The notes beneath the pieces are model-generated. The model was not told where the DNA came from. It saw nothing but the letters and a program-made list of their open reading frames with translations, and made no database searches. The position numbers and the translations under genes are program-made. 64,000 bases of DNA from an uncultured Ruminococcus sp. (GTDB taxonomy: Bacteria > Bacillota > Clostridia > Oscillospirales > Acutalibacteraceae): NCBI GenBank assembly GCA_902802795.1, contig CADCNI010000002.1, forward strand, positions 10,213 through 74,212. Reading direction: 5' to 3'. Below, piece by piece: positions 18,755-28,764 of the stretch (its first letter is position 1; each line of letters opens with the position of its first letter).

Positions 18755-21250
18755 ATGAAGGATGTCGAAGGCGTCAACCGGGAGGAATCCGCCATTCCAT
18801 ACGCAAAGGTCGCGGTGGAGAATACCGCCTACAGCTTTGACCGGTTGTTTGATTATGCCGTTCCCGCGGAATATGCCGCTCTCGCCGTGCCGGGCTGCCG
18901 TGTGCTGGTACCCTTCGGACGCGGCAGCCGGACGCGGCAGGGCGTGATTTTCTCCCTGTGCGACAGGGCGGATTACGAAAAGATCAAGCCGATTGCGGCT
19001 GTGACCGACGAATCGCCTGTGCTGTCGGAGGAAATGCTGCGCATGGCGGAGTGGTTCCACGACAATTACTACTGCACTTATTTTGAGGCGGCCAAGGTCA
19101 TGCTGCCCAGCGGCATCAATGTGCGGGTGGTGACTACCTATAAGGCGTCGCCGCAGCTCACTGCGGAGGCCATCGAGGGGCGGGAGGATATCACGCCGCA
19201 GCAGCGGAAGATTTTAGAGATGTTTCTCGACCATCCCGGACTGGTGCTGGAGAAAGCCCACATCACCGAAATGCTCAATCTTCCCGCTGACTCCGCCATT
19301 CCCGACAAGCTGGCGGAAAAAGGATGGCTGGTGCGTCTGGATGACGCGGTGCGCAAAATCAAAAACGCCACTATCAAAATGGCGGTGCTGTCCGACGACT
19401 TTGAGCGGCTGGAGGGCGTGAAGCTGACCCCGAAACAGCGGGAAATCGTGAGCCTTCTCCGGGACGGCGGCGCGGCTTCAGTCAAGGAACTGTGCTACTT
19501 TACGGGATTGTCGCAGGCGGTGGTGGATACCCTCGCCAAAAAGGGCGTGATTCGCTACTATGAGGAAGAAGTCTACCGCAACCCTTACGCCGACGCTGCT
19601 CCCGCGACGGACAGCCGCGTGGTACTGTCGCAGCAGCAGCAGACCGCCTTTGGAAATTTATACCGGCTCTACCGTGAGGACGCGTTTCATGTGTCGCTGC
19701 TGTTCGGCGTGACGGGCAGCGGCAAGACCTCCGTCTTTCTGCGGCTGATCGACGAAGTGCTGGGCGACGGCAAGGGCGTGATCGTCATGGTGCCGGAAAT
19801 CGCCCTGACTTCGCAGACTTTGGCTAAATTTCACAAGCGTTACGGCAGCAAGGTCGCGGTCTTTCACAGCGGACTGTCGCTGGCGCAGCGCATGGACGAA
19901 TGGAAACGCGTGCGGGACGGTCAGGCGCAGATCGCCCTCGGCACCCGTTCGGCGGTCTTTGCCCCTTTTACCGAGCTGGGGCTGGTCATCATCGACGAGG
20001 AGCAGGAATACACCTACAAATCCGAAAATGCCCCCCGTTATCACGCCCGTGACGCGGCGCGATTCCGCTGCGCCTATCACAAGGGGCTGTTGGTGCTGGC
20101 CTCCGCCACGCCCTCCATCGAAACCTATTACCGCGCCGCCGACGCGGGACAGTACGATTATCAGGTGCTTACCAAGCGGTACGGCAGCGCGATTCTGCCC
20201 GATGTGGAAAAGATTGATATTTCGCGCATGGACGTGAGCGAGGGCATACTCAGTCCGCGTCTGTATCAGGCATTGCGGGAGAATCTGGAAAACGGCAGGC
20301 AGTCGATTCTGCTCAACAACCGCAGGGGATTCAATACCTTTGTTTCCTGCCGTGCCTGCAATCAGGTGATTACCTGCCCGAATTGCAGCGTTTCCATGAC
20401 CTATCACCACGACAACCGGCGGCTGATGTGCCACTACTGCGGACATTCCGCCGCCGTTCCCCCAACCTGCCCCTCCTGCGGTCAGCCCCACCTGCGATTT
20501 GCGGGACACGGCACCCAGAAGGCGGAGGAAGAACTGGCGCGGCTTTTCCCGGAAGCCCGTATCCTGCGCATGGACGCGGACGCGATGACGCGGCGCTCGT
20601 CCTATGACAGGAAATTGGGCGACTTCGGCGCGGGGCAGTACGACATCATGATCGGCACCCAGATGGTCGCCAAGGGGCTGAATTTCGAGCGTGTCACGCT
20701 GGTGGGCGTGCTGCTGGCCGACCAGACCCTTTACAGCGACGATTTCCGCAGCTACGAGCGCGCCTTTTCCCTGCTCACGCAGGTGGTGGGACGCGCCGGA
20801 CGCGGCAGCAGCAAAGGACGCGCCATCATTCAGACCATGACGCCTGACAATCCCGTCATCGACATGGCGGCACAGCAGGACTACAAACAATTCTACCAAA
20901 ACGAGATCATTCTCCGCAAGGCGATGCTCTATCCGCCCTTTGCCGATATCTGCATGGTGGGATTTGTGGGCGATAGCGACGACAAAACGGCGGACGCGGC
21001 GGCGGCGTTTTTGGAGCTGCTCAAAACACACACGGGCGAGTCATTTGCCGATCTGCCCGTCAAGGCACTCGGTCCTTCTCCGGCGGCGGTCAAAAAGGTC
21101 AGCGGCAGATACCGTTACAAGCTCATTCTCAAGTGCCGCAACAACGCACGGTTCCGTCAGATGATGCACCTGCTGCTCTGTGAGTTCGGCGGATTGCCCG
21201 CTTATAAGGACATCATCTGTTACGCTGACCTCAACCCTTTATCAGTGTGA
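18755..21250 (+). CDS. priA: Primosomal protein N' (replication restart helicase PriA)
   Basis: It has Walker A (GVTGSGKT), DEEH-like IIDEEQE, and Cys-rich zinc fingers (CRACNQVITCPNC...CHYCG...CPSCG). Confidence 0.95.
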   Translation: MKDVEGVNREESAIPYAKVAVENTAYSFDRLFDYAVPAEYAALAVPGCRVLVPFGRGSRTRQGVIFSLCDRADYEKIKPIAAVTDESPVLSEEMLRMAEWFHDNYYCTYFEAAKVMLPSGINVRVVTTYKASPQLTAEAIEGREDITPQQRKILEMFLDHPGLVLEKAHITEMLNLPADSAIPDKLAEKGWLVRLDDAVRKIKNATIKMAVLSDDFERLEGVKLTPKQREIVSLLRDGGAASVKELCYFTGLSQAVVDTLAKKGVIRYYEEEVYRNPYADAAPATDSRVVLSQQQQTAFGNLYRLYREDAFHVSLLFGVTGSGKTSVFLRLIDEVLGDGKGVIVMVPEIALTSQTLAKFHKRYGSKVAVFHSGLSLAQRMDEWKRVRDGQAQIALGTRSAVFAPFTELGLVIIDEEQEYTYKSENAPRYHARDAARFRCAYHKGLLVLASATPSIETYYRAADAGQYDYQVLTKRYGSAILPDVEKIDISRMDVSEGILSPRLYQALRENLENGRQSILLNNRRGFNTFVSCRACNQVITCPNCSVSMTYHHDNRRLMCHYCGHSAAVPPTCPSCGQPHLRFAGHGTQKAEEELARLFPEARILRMDADAMTRRSSYDRKLGDFGAGQYDIMIGTQMVAKGLNFERVTLVGVLLADQTLYSDDFRSYERAFSLLTQVVGRAGRGSSKGRAIIQTMTPDNPVIDMAAQQDYKQFYQNEIILRKAMLYPPFADICMVGFVGDSDDKTADAAAAFLELLKTHTGESFADLPVKALGPSPAAVKKVSGRYRYKLILKCRNNARFRQMMHLLLCEFGGLPAYKDIICYADLNPLSV

Positions 21251-21266
21251 AATGTGAAGTGTGAAA
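21246..21266 (+). repeat. Heptanucleotide tandem array (TGTGAAR)x3 containing the priA stop codon
   Basis: The units are tgtgaaa, tgtgaag, tgtgaaa. The priA TGA is at 21248-21250. Confidence 0.9.
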
Positions 21267-21332
21267 TTACGAAGCGTTTTTTTGCCCGGAACGCTGAATA
21301 TATAGAATCTATATTGAAAGGACTGATTTACC

Positions 21333-21833
21333 GTGGCACTCAGACAAATCGTCAAGGAGGGCGACAGCGTTCTGCGCAAGAAATGCCGCCCTGTGACCGA
21401 ATATAATCAAAAGCTGTGGACGCTGCTGGATGATATGAAAGAGACGCTGGCGGACGCGAAGGGCGTCGGACTGGCTGCGCCGCAGGTGGGCATTCTCCGC
21501 CGCATTATTATCATCGACATGGGCGACGGTCCCATCGAAATGATTAACCCCGAAATCATCGAACGCCGGGGCGAGCGGGAATGCATGGAGGGCTGTCTTT
21601 CCATCCCCGGTCAGTGGGGCATTCTCAAACGTCCCGAATACGTCAAAATGCGCTATCGCGACCGTTACGGCGATCTGTACGAGATCGAGGGGGAGGAACT
21701 CTTTGCCTCCTGCGCCTGCCACGAAACCGACCATCTTGACGGCACCCTCTATATCGACAAGGTCATCCGCATGGTGGATCCCTCCGAGCTGGAGGAGCAG
21801 GAAGAAGAAAACGGAGACGAACAGGAAGCATAA
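21333..21833 (+). CDS. def: Peptide deformylase
   Basis: It carries the GVGLAAPQ, EGCLS and HETDH motifs. The start is GTG. Confidence 0.93.
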   Translation: MALRQIVKEGDSVLRKKCRPVTEYNQKLWTLLDDMKETLADAKGVGLAAPQVGILRRIIIIDMGDGPIEMINPEIIERRGERECMEGCLSIPGQWGILKRPEYVKMRYRDRYGDLYEIEGEELFASCACHETDHLDGTLYIDKVIRMVDPSELEEQEEENGDEQEA

Positions 21834-21898
21834 TTTTGCCGTTTTCGGTCAAGACAGTAAAGAAAGGTATTCTTTTCAAAGGAAGAAGGTGCATTCCA

Positions 21899-22825
21899 AT
21901 GAGATTGATATTTATGGGAACCCCGGAATTTTCCGCGCCCGCGATTGATGCGCTGCTGGAGGCGGGGCATGAAATCGCGGCGGTGTTTTCGCAGCCCGAC
22001 AAGCCAAAGGGCAGAGGCTACAACCTGACCCCGCCTCCCGTCAAGGTCAAGGCGCTGGAGCACGGCATTCCCGTCTATCAGCCGACTACGATGAAGGACG
22101 GCGAGGCGCTGCAAATCTTCAGGGACATTCAGCCCGATGTGGCGGTGGTGATCGCTTACGGCAGGATTCTGCCCAAAGAAATCCTTGAAGCGCCGAAGTA
22201 CGGCTGCATTAATGTCCACGCGTCGCTGCTGCCGAAGTACCGCGGCGCGGCGCCGATTCAGTGGAGCGTCATTGACGGTCAGCCCAAGACAGGCGTGACC
22301 ACCATGCAGATGGACGTGGGGCTTGACACGGGCGATATGCTCATGAAGTGCGAGACGGCAATTGACCCGGACGAAACGGCGGGCGAGCTGCACGACCGGC
22401 TCTCCCTGATGGGCGCAAAGCTCATTGTCGATACGCTCGCCGCGCTCGAACAGGGCGCGCTTATGCCCCAAAAGCAGGACGACAGCGAGAGCTGCTACGC
22501 CAAAATGCTCACCAAGGAACTGTGCGCGGTGGATTGGCACAAAAGCGCGAAGGAAATTCACGATCAGATTCGGGGACTTTCTCCGTGGCCGGTGGCCACC
22601 GCTGTGCTGGAGGGCAAGAAGCTGAAACTTCACCGCTCCGCCATAGCGGCGCAGGGCAGCAGGACGGCGGCGTGCGGCGAAATCATCTCGCTCGACCCGC
22701 TTACCGTGCAGTGCGGGGAAGGGACGGTGGCGCTTCTCGAAATCCAGGCGGAAGGGAAAAAGCGCATGAACGCGCAGGATTATCTCAGAGGACACCCCAT
22801 CACAACAGGTACGATTTTGCAATAG
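21899..22825 (+). CDS. fmt: Methionyl-tRNA formyltransferase
   Basis: MRLIFMGTPEFS at the N-terminus, plus the HASLLPKYRGAAPI motif. Confidence 0.93.
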   Translation: MRLIFMGTPEFSAPAIDALLEAGHEIAAVFSQPDKPKGRGYNLTPPPVKVKALEHGIPVYQPTTMKDGEALQIFRDIQPDVAVVIAYGRILPKEILEAPKYGCINVHASLLPKYRGAAPIQWSVIDGQPKTGVTTMQMDVGLDTGDMLMKCETAIDPDETAGELHDRLSLMGAKLIVDTLAALEQGALMPQKQDDSESCYAKMLTKELCAVDWHKSAKEIHDQIRGLSPWPVATAVLEGKKLKLHRSAIAAQGSRTAACGEIISLDPLTVQCGEGTVALLEIQAEGKKRMNAQDYLRGHPITTGTILQ

Positions 22826-22841
22826 AAAGGACGGATAAAAT

Positions 22842-23624
22842 ATGTTGGAAGTATTGACACTTTTCGCGCAGGGCGCGCAGCGCTACAGCGAAACCAACAA
22901 CGCGATGATCGGCGGCGGCTATTACGGATTCGGCATTGACTACTATTATATTCTGCTGGTCATTCCCGCCATGATTATCGCCCTCATCGCGCAGGCGAGA
23001 GTCAAGTCGGCGTATAACAAATACTCCAAAATTCCCAATTCACGCGGTTTGACAGGCGCTCAGGCGGCGCGCATGATTCTCGACAGCCACGGACTCCATT
23101 ATGTGCCGATCACCATGGTGCAGGGACAGCTCACCGATAATTTCAATCCCACCACCAACACGGTCAATCTTTCGCCCGATGTGTACAGCGGCACCTCCAT
23201 TGCCTCCATCGGCATTGCGGCGCATGAGGTGGGACACGCCATCCAGCACGCGGAGCATTATTTCCCCAACAAGGTGCGTTCCGCGATTATTCCCATCACC
23301 AATTTCGGTTCCAGCATTTCCATGTTCCTCATTCTGATCGGTCTGGTGCTGAGCCAGATGCTCTGGCTTGCCTATCTCGGCGTGATTCTCTACTCCACCG
23401 TGACGATCTTCCAGCTTGTCACGCTGCCGGTGGAATTCAACGCCAGCGCCCGCGCCATGAATCAGATCCGCTCGCTCGGCATCGCCAGCGACGAGGACGC
23501 CAAGGGCGTGCGCAAGGTGCTGACCGCGGCCGCTATGACCTACGTGGCGGCGCTGATTACCTCTCTTGCCAGCCTGCTGCGTATTTTCCTCATCGTGAGC
23601 GGCGGCAGAAGCAGAAGAAGATGA
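22842..23624 (+). CDS. Membrane zinc metallopeptidase (YugP / Zn_peptidase_2 family)
   Basis: It has a HEVGHAIQH zinc motif plus TM helices, and matches the YugP-like layout. Confidence 0.8.
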   Translation: MLEVLTLFAQGAQRYSETNNAMIGGGYYGFGIDYYYILLVIPAMIIALIAQARVKSAYNKYSKIPNSRGLTGAQAARMILDSHGLHYVPITMVQGQLTDNFNPTTNTVNLSPDVYSGTSIASIGIAAHEVGHAIQHAEHYFPNKVRSAIIPITNFGSSISMFLILIGLVLSQMLWLAYLGVILYSTVTIFQLVTLPVEFNASARAMNQIRSLGIASDEDAKGVRKVLTAAAMTYVAALITSLASLLRIFLIVSGGRSRRR

Positions 23625-24997
23625 CCATGACAGAACGTCCGAACCGGAAGAAGCCTGCTCCTGTTTCCCCCCACCCGCGCATGACCGCCTACAAGGTGCT
23701 CATGCGCGTGGAGGGCGAGGGCGGCTATTCCCAGATCGCCCTGAACGCGGCTTTGAGCGGCGCTAAGCTCGAGCCGCGTGACAAGGCGTTTGTCACCAGG
23801 CTGGTCTACGGCGTACTCGAAAACGTCGGTTTCCTTGACCATGTTATAAGCAGCTATACCAAAGGGAGCGCACGGCTGGAACCGGAAGTCCGCTGCCTGC
23901 TGCGCATGGCTGTTTATCAGATGGTCTTTCTTGACACCCCTGACGCGGCGGCGGTCAACGAGAGCGTCAAACTGGCGAAGCAATTGAAACTGTTCCGCGC
24001 CACGGGCTTTATCAACGGACTGCTGCGCCACTTTATCCGCGACGGCAAACAGGTCAGCCTGCCCGACAGGCAAAAAGCCCCGCTGCTCTATCTATGCGTG
24101 CGGTATTCCTGCCCCATGTGGCTGGCGGAATTGTGGAGCAAGGCATACGGCGATGACATTTGTGAGAAGATTCTCCCGACTCTCGCGGAACGCCCGCCCC
24201 TCTTTGCGCGGGTGAATACCGTCAGAACCACATCCGACGCGCTGCAAGCGTCTTTTGCGGACAGCGGCGTGAAGGCGGCTGCTTCGGAGGTTCTGCCTGA
24301 CTGCCTGCTGCTGGAAAGCACCGGCGCGGTGAGGGAATTGCCGCCCTATGCGCGGGGGGAATTCCATGTGCAGGACGGTTCGTCGCAGCTCTGCTGTCTG
24401 CTTGCTTCCCCCAAAAGCGGCGACGTGGTTTACGACGTTTGCGCCGCGCCCGGCGGCAAGTCGTTCACGCTGGCGGAGCTGATGGAGGACAGGGGGCAGG
24501 TGGTTTCCTGCGACCTGCATCCCCATCGCGTCAGGCTGATTGCGGACGGCGCGACCCGTTTGGGACTGCACTGCATCAAGGCGCAGGTGCGGGACGCGCT
24601 GGCGGAAAACGGTGAAACAGACTGCGCCGATCTGGTGCTGTGTGACGTTCCCTGTTCGGGGCTGGGCATCATCCGCCGCAAGCCTGACATCAAGCAGAAA
24701 GCGCCGGAGGAAATCGGGCAGCTCCCCGCGCTGCAATCCGCCATCTTAGAGAATGCCGCAAAGCTGGTCAAGCCCGGCGGTCGGCTGCTTTACTCCACCT
24801 GCACGCTGCATCCCGCCGAAAACGGCGACGTGATAGGGGCATTTTTACAGACACACCCCGCGTTTGAACCCTGCCCGCTGACGCTGCCGGAGGGGATTGA
24901 ACGGGTCATAGACGAACCCGATGATAGGCTCACGGTGTTCCCCTTTATGGCGGATACCGACGGATTCTTTATTTCCGCCGTGAGAAGAAAATCATAA
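23621..24997 (+). CDS. rsmB: 16S rRNA (cytosine967-C5)-methyltransferase
   Basis: A NusB-like N-domain is followed by a SAM MTase (DVCAAPGGKS, DVPCSGLG, YSTCT). The ATGA start overlaps the upstream stop. Confidence 0.92.
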   Translation: MTMTERPNRKKPAPVSPHPRMTAYKVLMRVEGEGGYSQIALNAALSGAKLEPRDKAFVTRLVYGVLENVGFLDHVISSYTKGSARLEPEVRCLLRMAVYQMVFLDTPDAAAVNESVKLAKQLKLFRATGFINGLLRHFIRDGKQVSLPDRQKAPLLYLCVRYSCPMWLAELWSKAYGDDICEKILPTLAERPPLFARVNTVRTTSDALQASFADSGVKAAASEVLPDCLLLESTGAVRELPPYARGEFHVQDGSSQLCCLLASPKSGDVVYDVCAAPGGKSFTLAELMEDRGQVVSCDLHPHRVRLIADGATRLGLHCIKAQVRDALAENGETDCADLVLCDVPCSGLGIIRRKPDIKQKAPEEIGQLPALQSAILENAAKLVKPGGRLLYSTCTLHPAENGDVIGAFLQTHPAFEPCPLTLPEGIERVIDEPDDRLTVFPFMADTDGFFISAVRRKS

Positions 24998-25019
24998 AAG
25001 ACAGATAAAAAGGAGCTGA

Positions 25020-26081
25020 GTGCATTTGGAGGACAAGGCGGACATCAAATCCATGACCAAGCCTGAAATGGTCGAGAGCTTCCGCTGGCTGGGACTGCCG
25101 AAATTCCGCGCCGATCAGGTGTATGGCTGGCTCCAGGCAAAAGGCGCGGAATCTTTTGACGAAATGACCAATATTTCCAAGGATTTGCGCAGCACATTGT
25201 TACAAAATTATTACATCTACGGCGTAACCATTGAAAAAAAGCTGGTTTCGGCGTATGATGGTACCATAAAATACCTGTTTCGCCTGCATGACGGAGAATA
25301 CATCGAGAGCGTTGTCATGCAGTATCACCACGGCTACACCATCTGTATTTCCACGCAGGCGGGCTGCCGTATGGGGTGTAAATTCTGCGCCACGGGCATG
25401 GGGGGACTTGCCAGAAACCTGCACCCCTCCGAAATGCTGTCACAGATTACCACGGCGCAGCGGGACAACGACATCCGCATATCCAACATCGTTCTTATGG
25501 GAATGGGCGAACCGCTCGATAATTTTGACAACGTCATGCGCTTTCTGGAGCTGGTTTCCGATCCGGACGGCGTGGGCATCGGTATGCGGCACATTTCGCT
25601 TTCCACCTGCGGCGTGGTGGATAAAATCAACCGTCTCATCGAGATGAAGCCGCAGTTTACGCTGTCGATTTCACTGCACGCGCCCAACGATGAACTGCGC
25701 GGCGAGATGATGCCCATCAACAACAAATGGAAGGTCGATGAGCTGCTCGAAGCCTGCCGCCGATACGCGGAGGCGACCCACAGACGCATCTCATTTGAAT
25801 ATTCGCTTATCAAGGGGAAAAACGACACGGATGCCTGCTCCCGTGAACTGGCGCAGAAACTAAAGGGTATGCTCTGTCATGTCAACCTCATTCCGGTCAA
25901 TACGGTAAAAGGGAATTCCTATGAGCGTTCATCCCCAAAGCAGATACAACAGTTTATCAAGATACTCGAGGCGCGGGGCATTACCGCCACTGTCCGCAGA
26001 ACCTTGGGCGCGGACATCAACGCGTCCTGCGGTCAGCTGCGCCGCAAGCAAAAGGAGGAATCCGATGGAAATATTCAGTAA
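25020..26081 (+). CDS. rlmN: 23S rRNA (adenine2503-C2)-methyltransferase, radical SAM
   Basis: It has the CRMGCKFCATG radical-SAM motif and the MGMGEPL motif. Confidence 0.93.
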   Translation: MHLEDKADIKSMTKPEMVESFRWLGLPKFRADQVYGWLQAKGAESFDEMTNISKDLRSTLLQNYYIYGVTIEKKLVSAYDGTIKYLFRLHDGEYIESVVMQYHHGYTICISTQAGCRMGCKFCATGMGGLARNLHPSEMLSQITTAQRDNDIRISNIVLMGMGEPLDNFDNVMRFLELVSDPDGVGIGMRHISLSTCGVVDKINRLIEMKPQFTLSISLHAPNDELRGEMMPINNKWKVDELLEACRRYAEATHRRISFEYSLIKGKNDTDACSRELAQKLKGMLCHVNLIPVNTVKGNSYERSSPKQIQQFIKILEARGITATVRRTLGADINASCGQLRRKQKEESDGNIQ

Positions 26082-26793
26082 AACGGATACCGGCATGGTC
26101 AGAAGCTCCAACCAGGATGCGGCGCTTCACGGCACATTTGCCGACGGCAACGTCTGGGCCATCGTGTGCGACGGCATGGGCGGCGCCAACGGCGGCAACG
26201 TGGCGAGCAGCACGGCGGTGCAGGAGATTGCCGAAAGAATCACAGCCAATTATGAGAGCGGCATGACGGGCAACGAATTGCGTGAATTGCTGGGGCGTGC
26301 CATCAACGCCGCCAATATCAAGGTATATATTCAGGCGCAGGAGGATTTGTCTCTGCGCGGCATGGGCACCACCGTGGTGGCGGTCATTGTCTGCGGCCGG
26401 ACGGCGTACATTGCCCATGCGGGAGACAGCCGTGCCTATCTGTACGCGCGCGGCGATCTGCGGCAGCTCACCACCGATCATTCCGTGGTGCAGGTGATGG
26501 TGGACCGCGGCGAGCTGACTGAAGCGGAGGCAAGGGTGCATCCCCGCAAAAACCTGATTACCCGTGCGTTAGGCGTAAAGCCGAGGCTGGATATCGACTA
26601 CTGCGAATGTCCCGTGACCGACGGAGACATTATCCTGCTTTGCAGCGACGGTCTGTCCAATTACGCGGACGACCGGGAAATGTATAAGATCCTCTATTCA
26701 AACAGCGGCCAGCAAGCGGTTGACAGGCTGGTGGACAAGGCCAACGCCAACGGTGGCGGCGACAATGTGACGGCGGTTGCCGTCTACTGCTGA
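26065..26793 (+). CDS. prpC: PP2C-family Ser/Thr protein phosphatase (PrpC/Stp)
   Basis: It carries DTGMVRSSNQDA, CDGMGG and SDGLS motifs. ATG 26065 follows AAAGGAGG, and the gene lies directly upstream of prkC. Confidence 0.92.
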   Translation: MEIFSKTDTGMVRSSNQDAALHGTFADGNVWAIVCDGMGGANGGNVASSTAVQEIAERITANYESGMTGNELRELLGRAINAANIKVYIQAQEDLSLRGMGTTVVAVIVCGRTAYIAHAGDSRAYLYARGDLRQLTTDHSVVQVMVDRGELTEAEARVHPRKNLITRALGVKPRLDIDYCECPVTDGDIILLCSDGLSNYADDREMYKILYSNSGQQAVDRLVDKANANGGGDNVTAVAVYC

Positions 26794-26817
26794 AAGCAAT
26801 AAGGAGTGGTAACAAGA

Positions 26818-28764
26818 ATGGATAAATATATCGGAAAAGTCCTGGACGGAAGATACGAAATTCTTGAAGAAGTCGGCAACGGCGGCATGGCCGTGGTCTA
26901 TAAGGCCAAGGATTTTGACACCGGCGCGATTGTTGCAGTGAAAATTCTGCGCGAGGAATATCTGGACAACGAGGAATTCTGCCGTCGGTTCCGCAACGAG
27001 TCGCGCGCCATCGCGCTGCTCAATCATCCGAATATCGTCAAGATCTTTGACGTGTGCAACAGTCCGACACTGCAATACATCGTCATGGAATACATCGACG
27101 GCATATCGCTCAAGGATTACATCGAGCAGCAGCGCGTTGTCCGCGTCAAGGAAGCGGTGCATTTTACCACGCAGATATTGCGCGCACTCATGCATGCCCA
27201 TTCCAAGGGCATCGTTCACCGCGACATCAAGCCCCAAAACATCATGCTGCTGCCCAACGGACGCATTAAAGTGACCGATTTCGGTATTGCGCGTCTTGCC
27301 AACAGCCAGACCAGCACGATCACCGACAAGGCCATCGGCTCGGTGCATTACATTGCCCCCGAACAGGCGAGAGGCGCCGTCACCGACGCGCGCGCCGACC
27401 TGTATTCCGTGGGTGTGATGCTCTATGAAATGCTCACAGGCAAGCTGCCCTTTGAAGCCAACAGCGCGGTGTCCGTGGCGGTCATGCAGTTACAGGCCGA
27501 TCCCAAAATGCCGAGGCAGATCAATCCCAACATTCCCGTGGGTCTGGAAGAAATCACTATTCAGGCGATGCAGAAAGACCCCGCCAGACGCTACCAGAGC
27601 GCGGCGGAAATGCTGGAGGATATCGAGAATTTCAAACTCAACCCCGGCATCAAATTTGACTATCGTTATGTTGCCGAGGATAACAGCCGTTACCGCAAAG
27701 CGGTGGAAACCGTCAAAAAAACGGAGGCGGCCGCTGAGGAAGAGTACAAGAGTCCGGTGATTCCCGTGCTGACAGGTATTGCGACGGCGTTTGTGCTGGT
27801 GGCGATCGTGTTTGTGGTCATTTTTATTGACGCGAGCGGCATTCTCAAAAAGAACAACAGCGAGCAGTCGGAACTTCCGAATTTTGTCGGTCAGGTGTAT
27901 AACGATGTGATTCAGAGCGACAAATATAGCTATGAATTCGTGCCGGTGGAGAAATTCAGCAGCGAGATCTCGCAGGGCGTCATTATGGAGCAGACTCCCA
28001 AGCCGGGCAAGAGAGTTTATGCCAATTCCCGCGTGGTGCTCTATGTCAGCCAGGGTCCCGAGCGCCTGATGGTGCCGGATTACCAGAATATGACCTTTGT
28101 GCAGTACACCCAGCTTCTCACGCAGCAGGGACTTGCTTATATCGAAATGCCGGTGTATGATGACCAGATTCCGGTGGATATCGTGTGCAATACCAATCCC
28201 CAGCCGCGTGAGGAAGTGCAGGTGGGCGATGTGATCGAGGTTTACTACAGCCTCGGTTCCAAGAGCGAAGAGCTGGTGATGTCCAACTTTGTGAACATGC
28301 CGTATGTCACCGCCAAGAGCCAGCTTACTTCTATGGGCATTACCGTGGCGGACGCGACGAGCGTTGACAGCAACAAGCCGGAAGGCACCATTATTTCGCA
28401 GGAACCCTCTCTCGGCACCAAGCTGACCAAGGATACGGTTGTCAAATTCACCATCAGCAACGGTAAAGCGCCCGCTTCCACCGTGTCGATGGAAATTGCG
28501 CTTCCCGAAAACAGCACGCAGGATGTCACCATTGAGGTGTTCCTGGACGGTGTTTCCATCAAGGCGGCGAAGGTATCCCTTGCCTCGCAGAGCAGCTATT
28601 CCATCAAGCTGACGGGTTCAGGCACACAGGTGGTCAATGTCACTCTCAACGGAAAGAATTACAAGGACTACTCGGTCAATTTCAAAAACGGGAAATACAG
28701 CGTAACCAAGGAACATGATATTTCATGGTTGACGGATGCCGCCGATGACAATACGGTCGGGTGA
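26818..28764 (+). CDS. prkC: Ser/Thr protein kinase with TM segment and three PASTA repeats (PrkC)
   Basis: A Hanks kinase (HRDIKPQN, DFGIA, APE) is followed by a TM helix and extracellular PASTA-like repeats. AAGGAG lies 11 nt upstream of ATG 26818. Confidence 0.93.
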   Translation: MDKYIGKVLDGRYEILEEVGNGGMAVVYKAKDFDTGAIVAVKILREEYLDNEEFCRRFRNESRAIALLNHPNIVKIFDVCNSPTLQYIVMEYIDGISLKDYIEQQRVVRVKEAVHFTTQILRALMHAHSKGIVHRDIKPQNIMLLPNGRIKVTDFGIARLANSQTSTITDKAIGSVHYIAPEQARGAVTDARADLYSVGVMLYEMLTGKLPFEANSAVSVAVMQLQADPKMPRQINPNIPVGLEEITIQAMQKDPARRYQSAAEMLEDIENFKLNPGIKFDYRYVAEDNSRYRKAVETVKKTEAAAEEEYKSPVIPVLTGIATAFVLVAIVFVVIFIDASGILKKNNSEQSELPNFVGQVYNDVIQSDKYSYEFVPVEKFSSEISQGVIMEQTPKPGKRVYANSRVVLYVSQGPERLMVPDYQNMTFVQYTQLLTQQGLAYIEMPVYDDQIPVDIVCNTNPQPREEVQVGDVIEVYYSLGSKSEELVMSNFVNMPYVTAKSQLTSMGITVADATSVDSNKPEGTIISQEPSLGTKLTKDTVVKFTISNGKAPASTVSMEIALPENSTQDVTIEVFLDGVSIKAAKVSLASQSSYSIKLTGSGTQVVNVTLNGKNYKDYSVNFKNGKYSVTKEHDISWLTDAADDNTVG

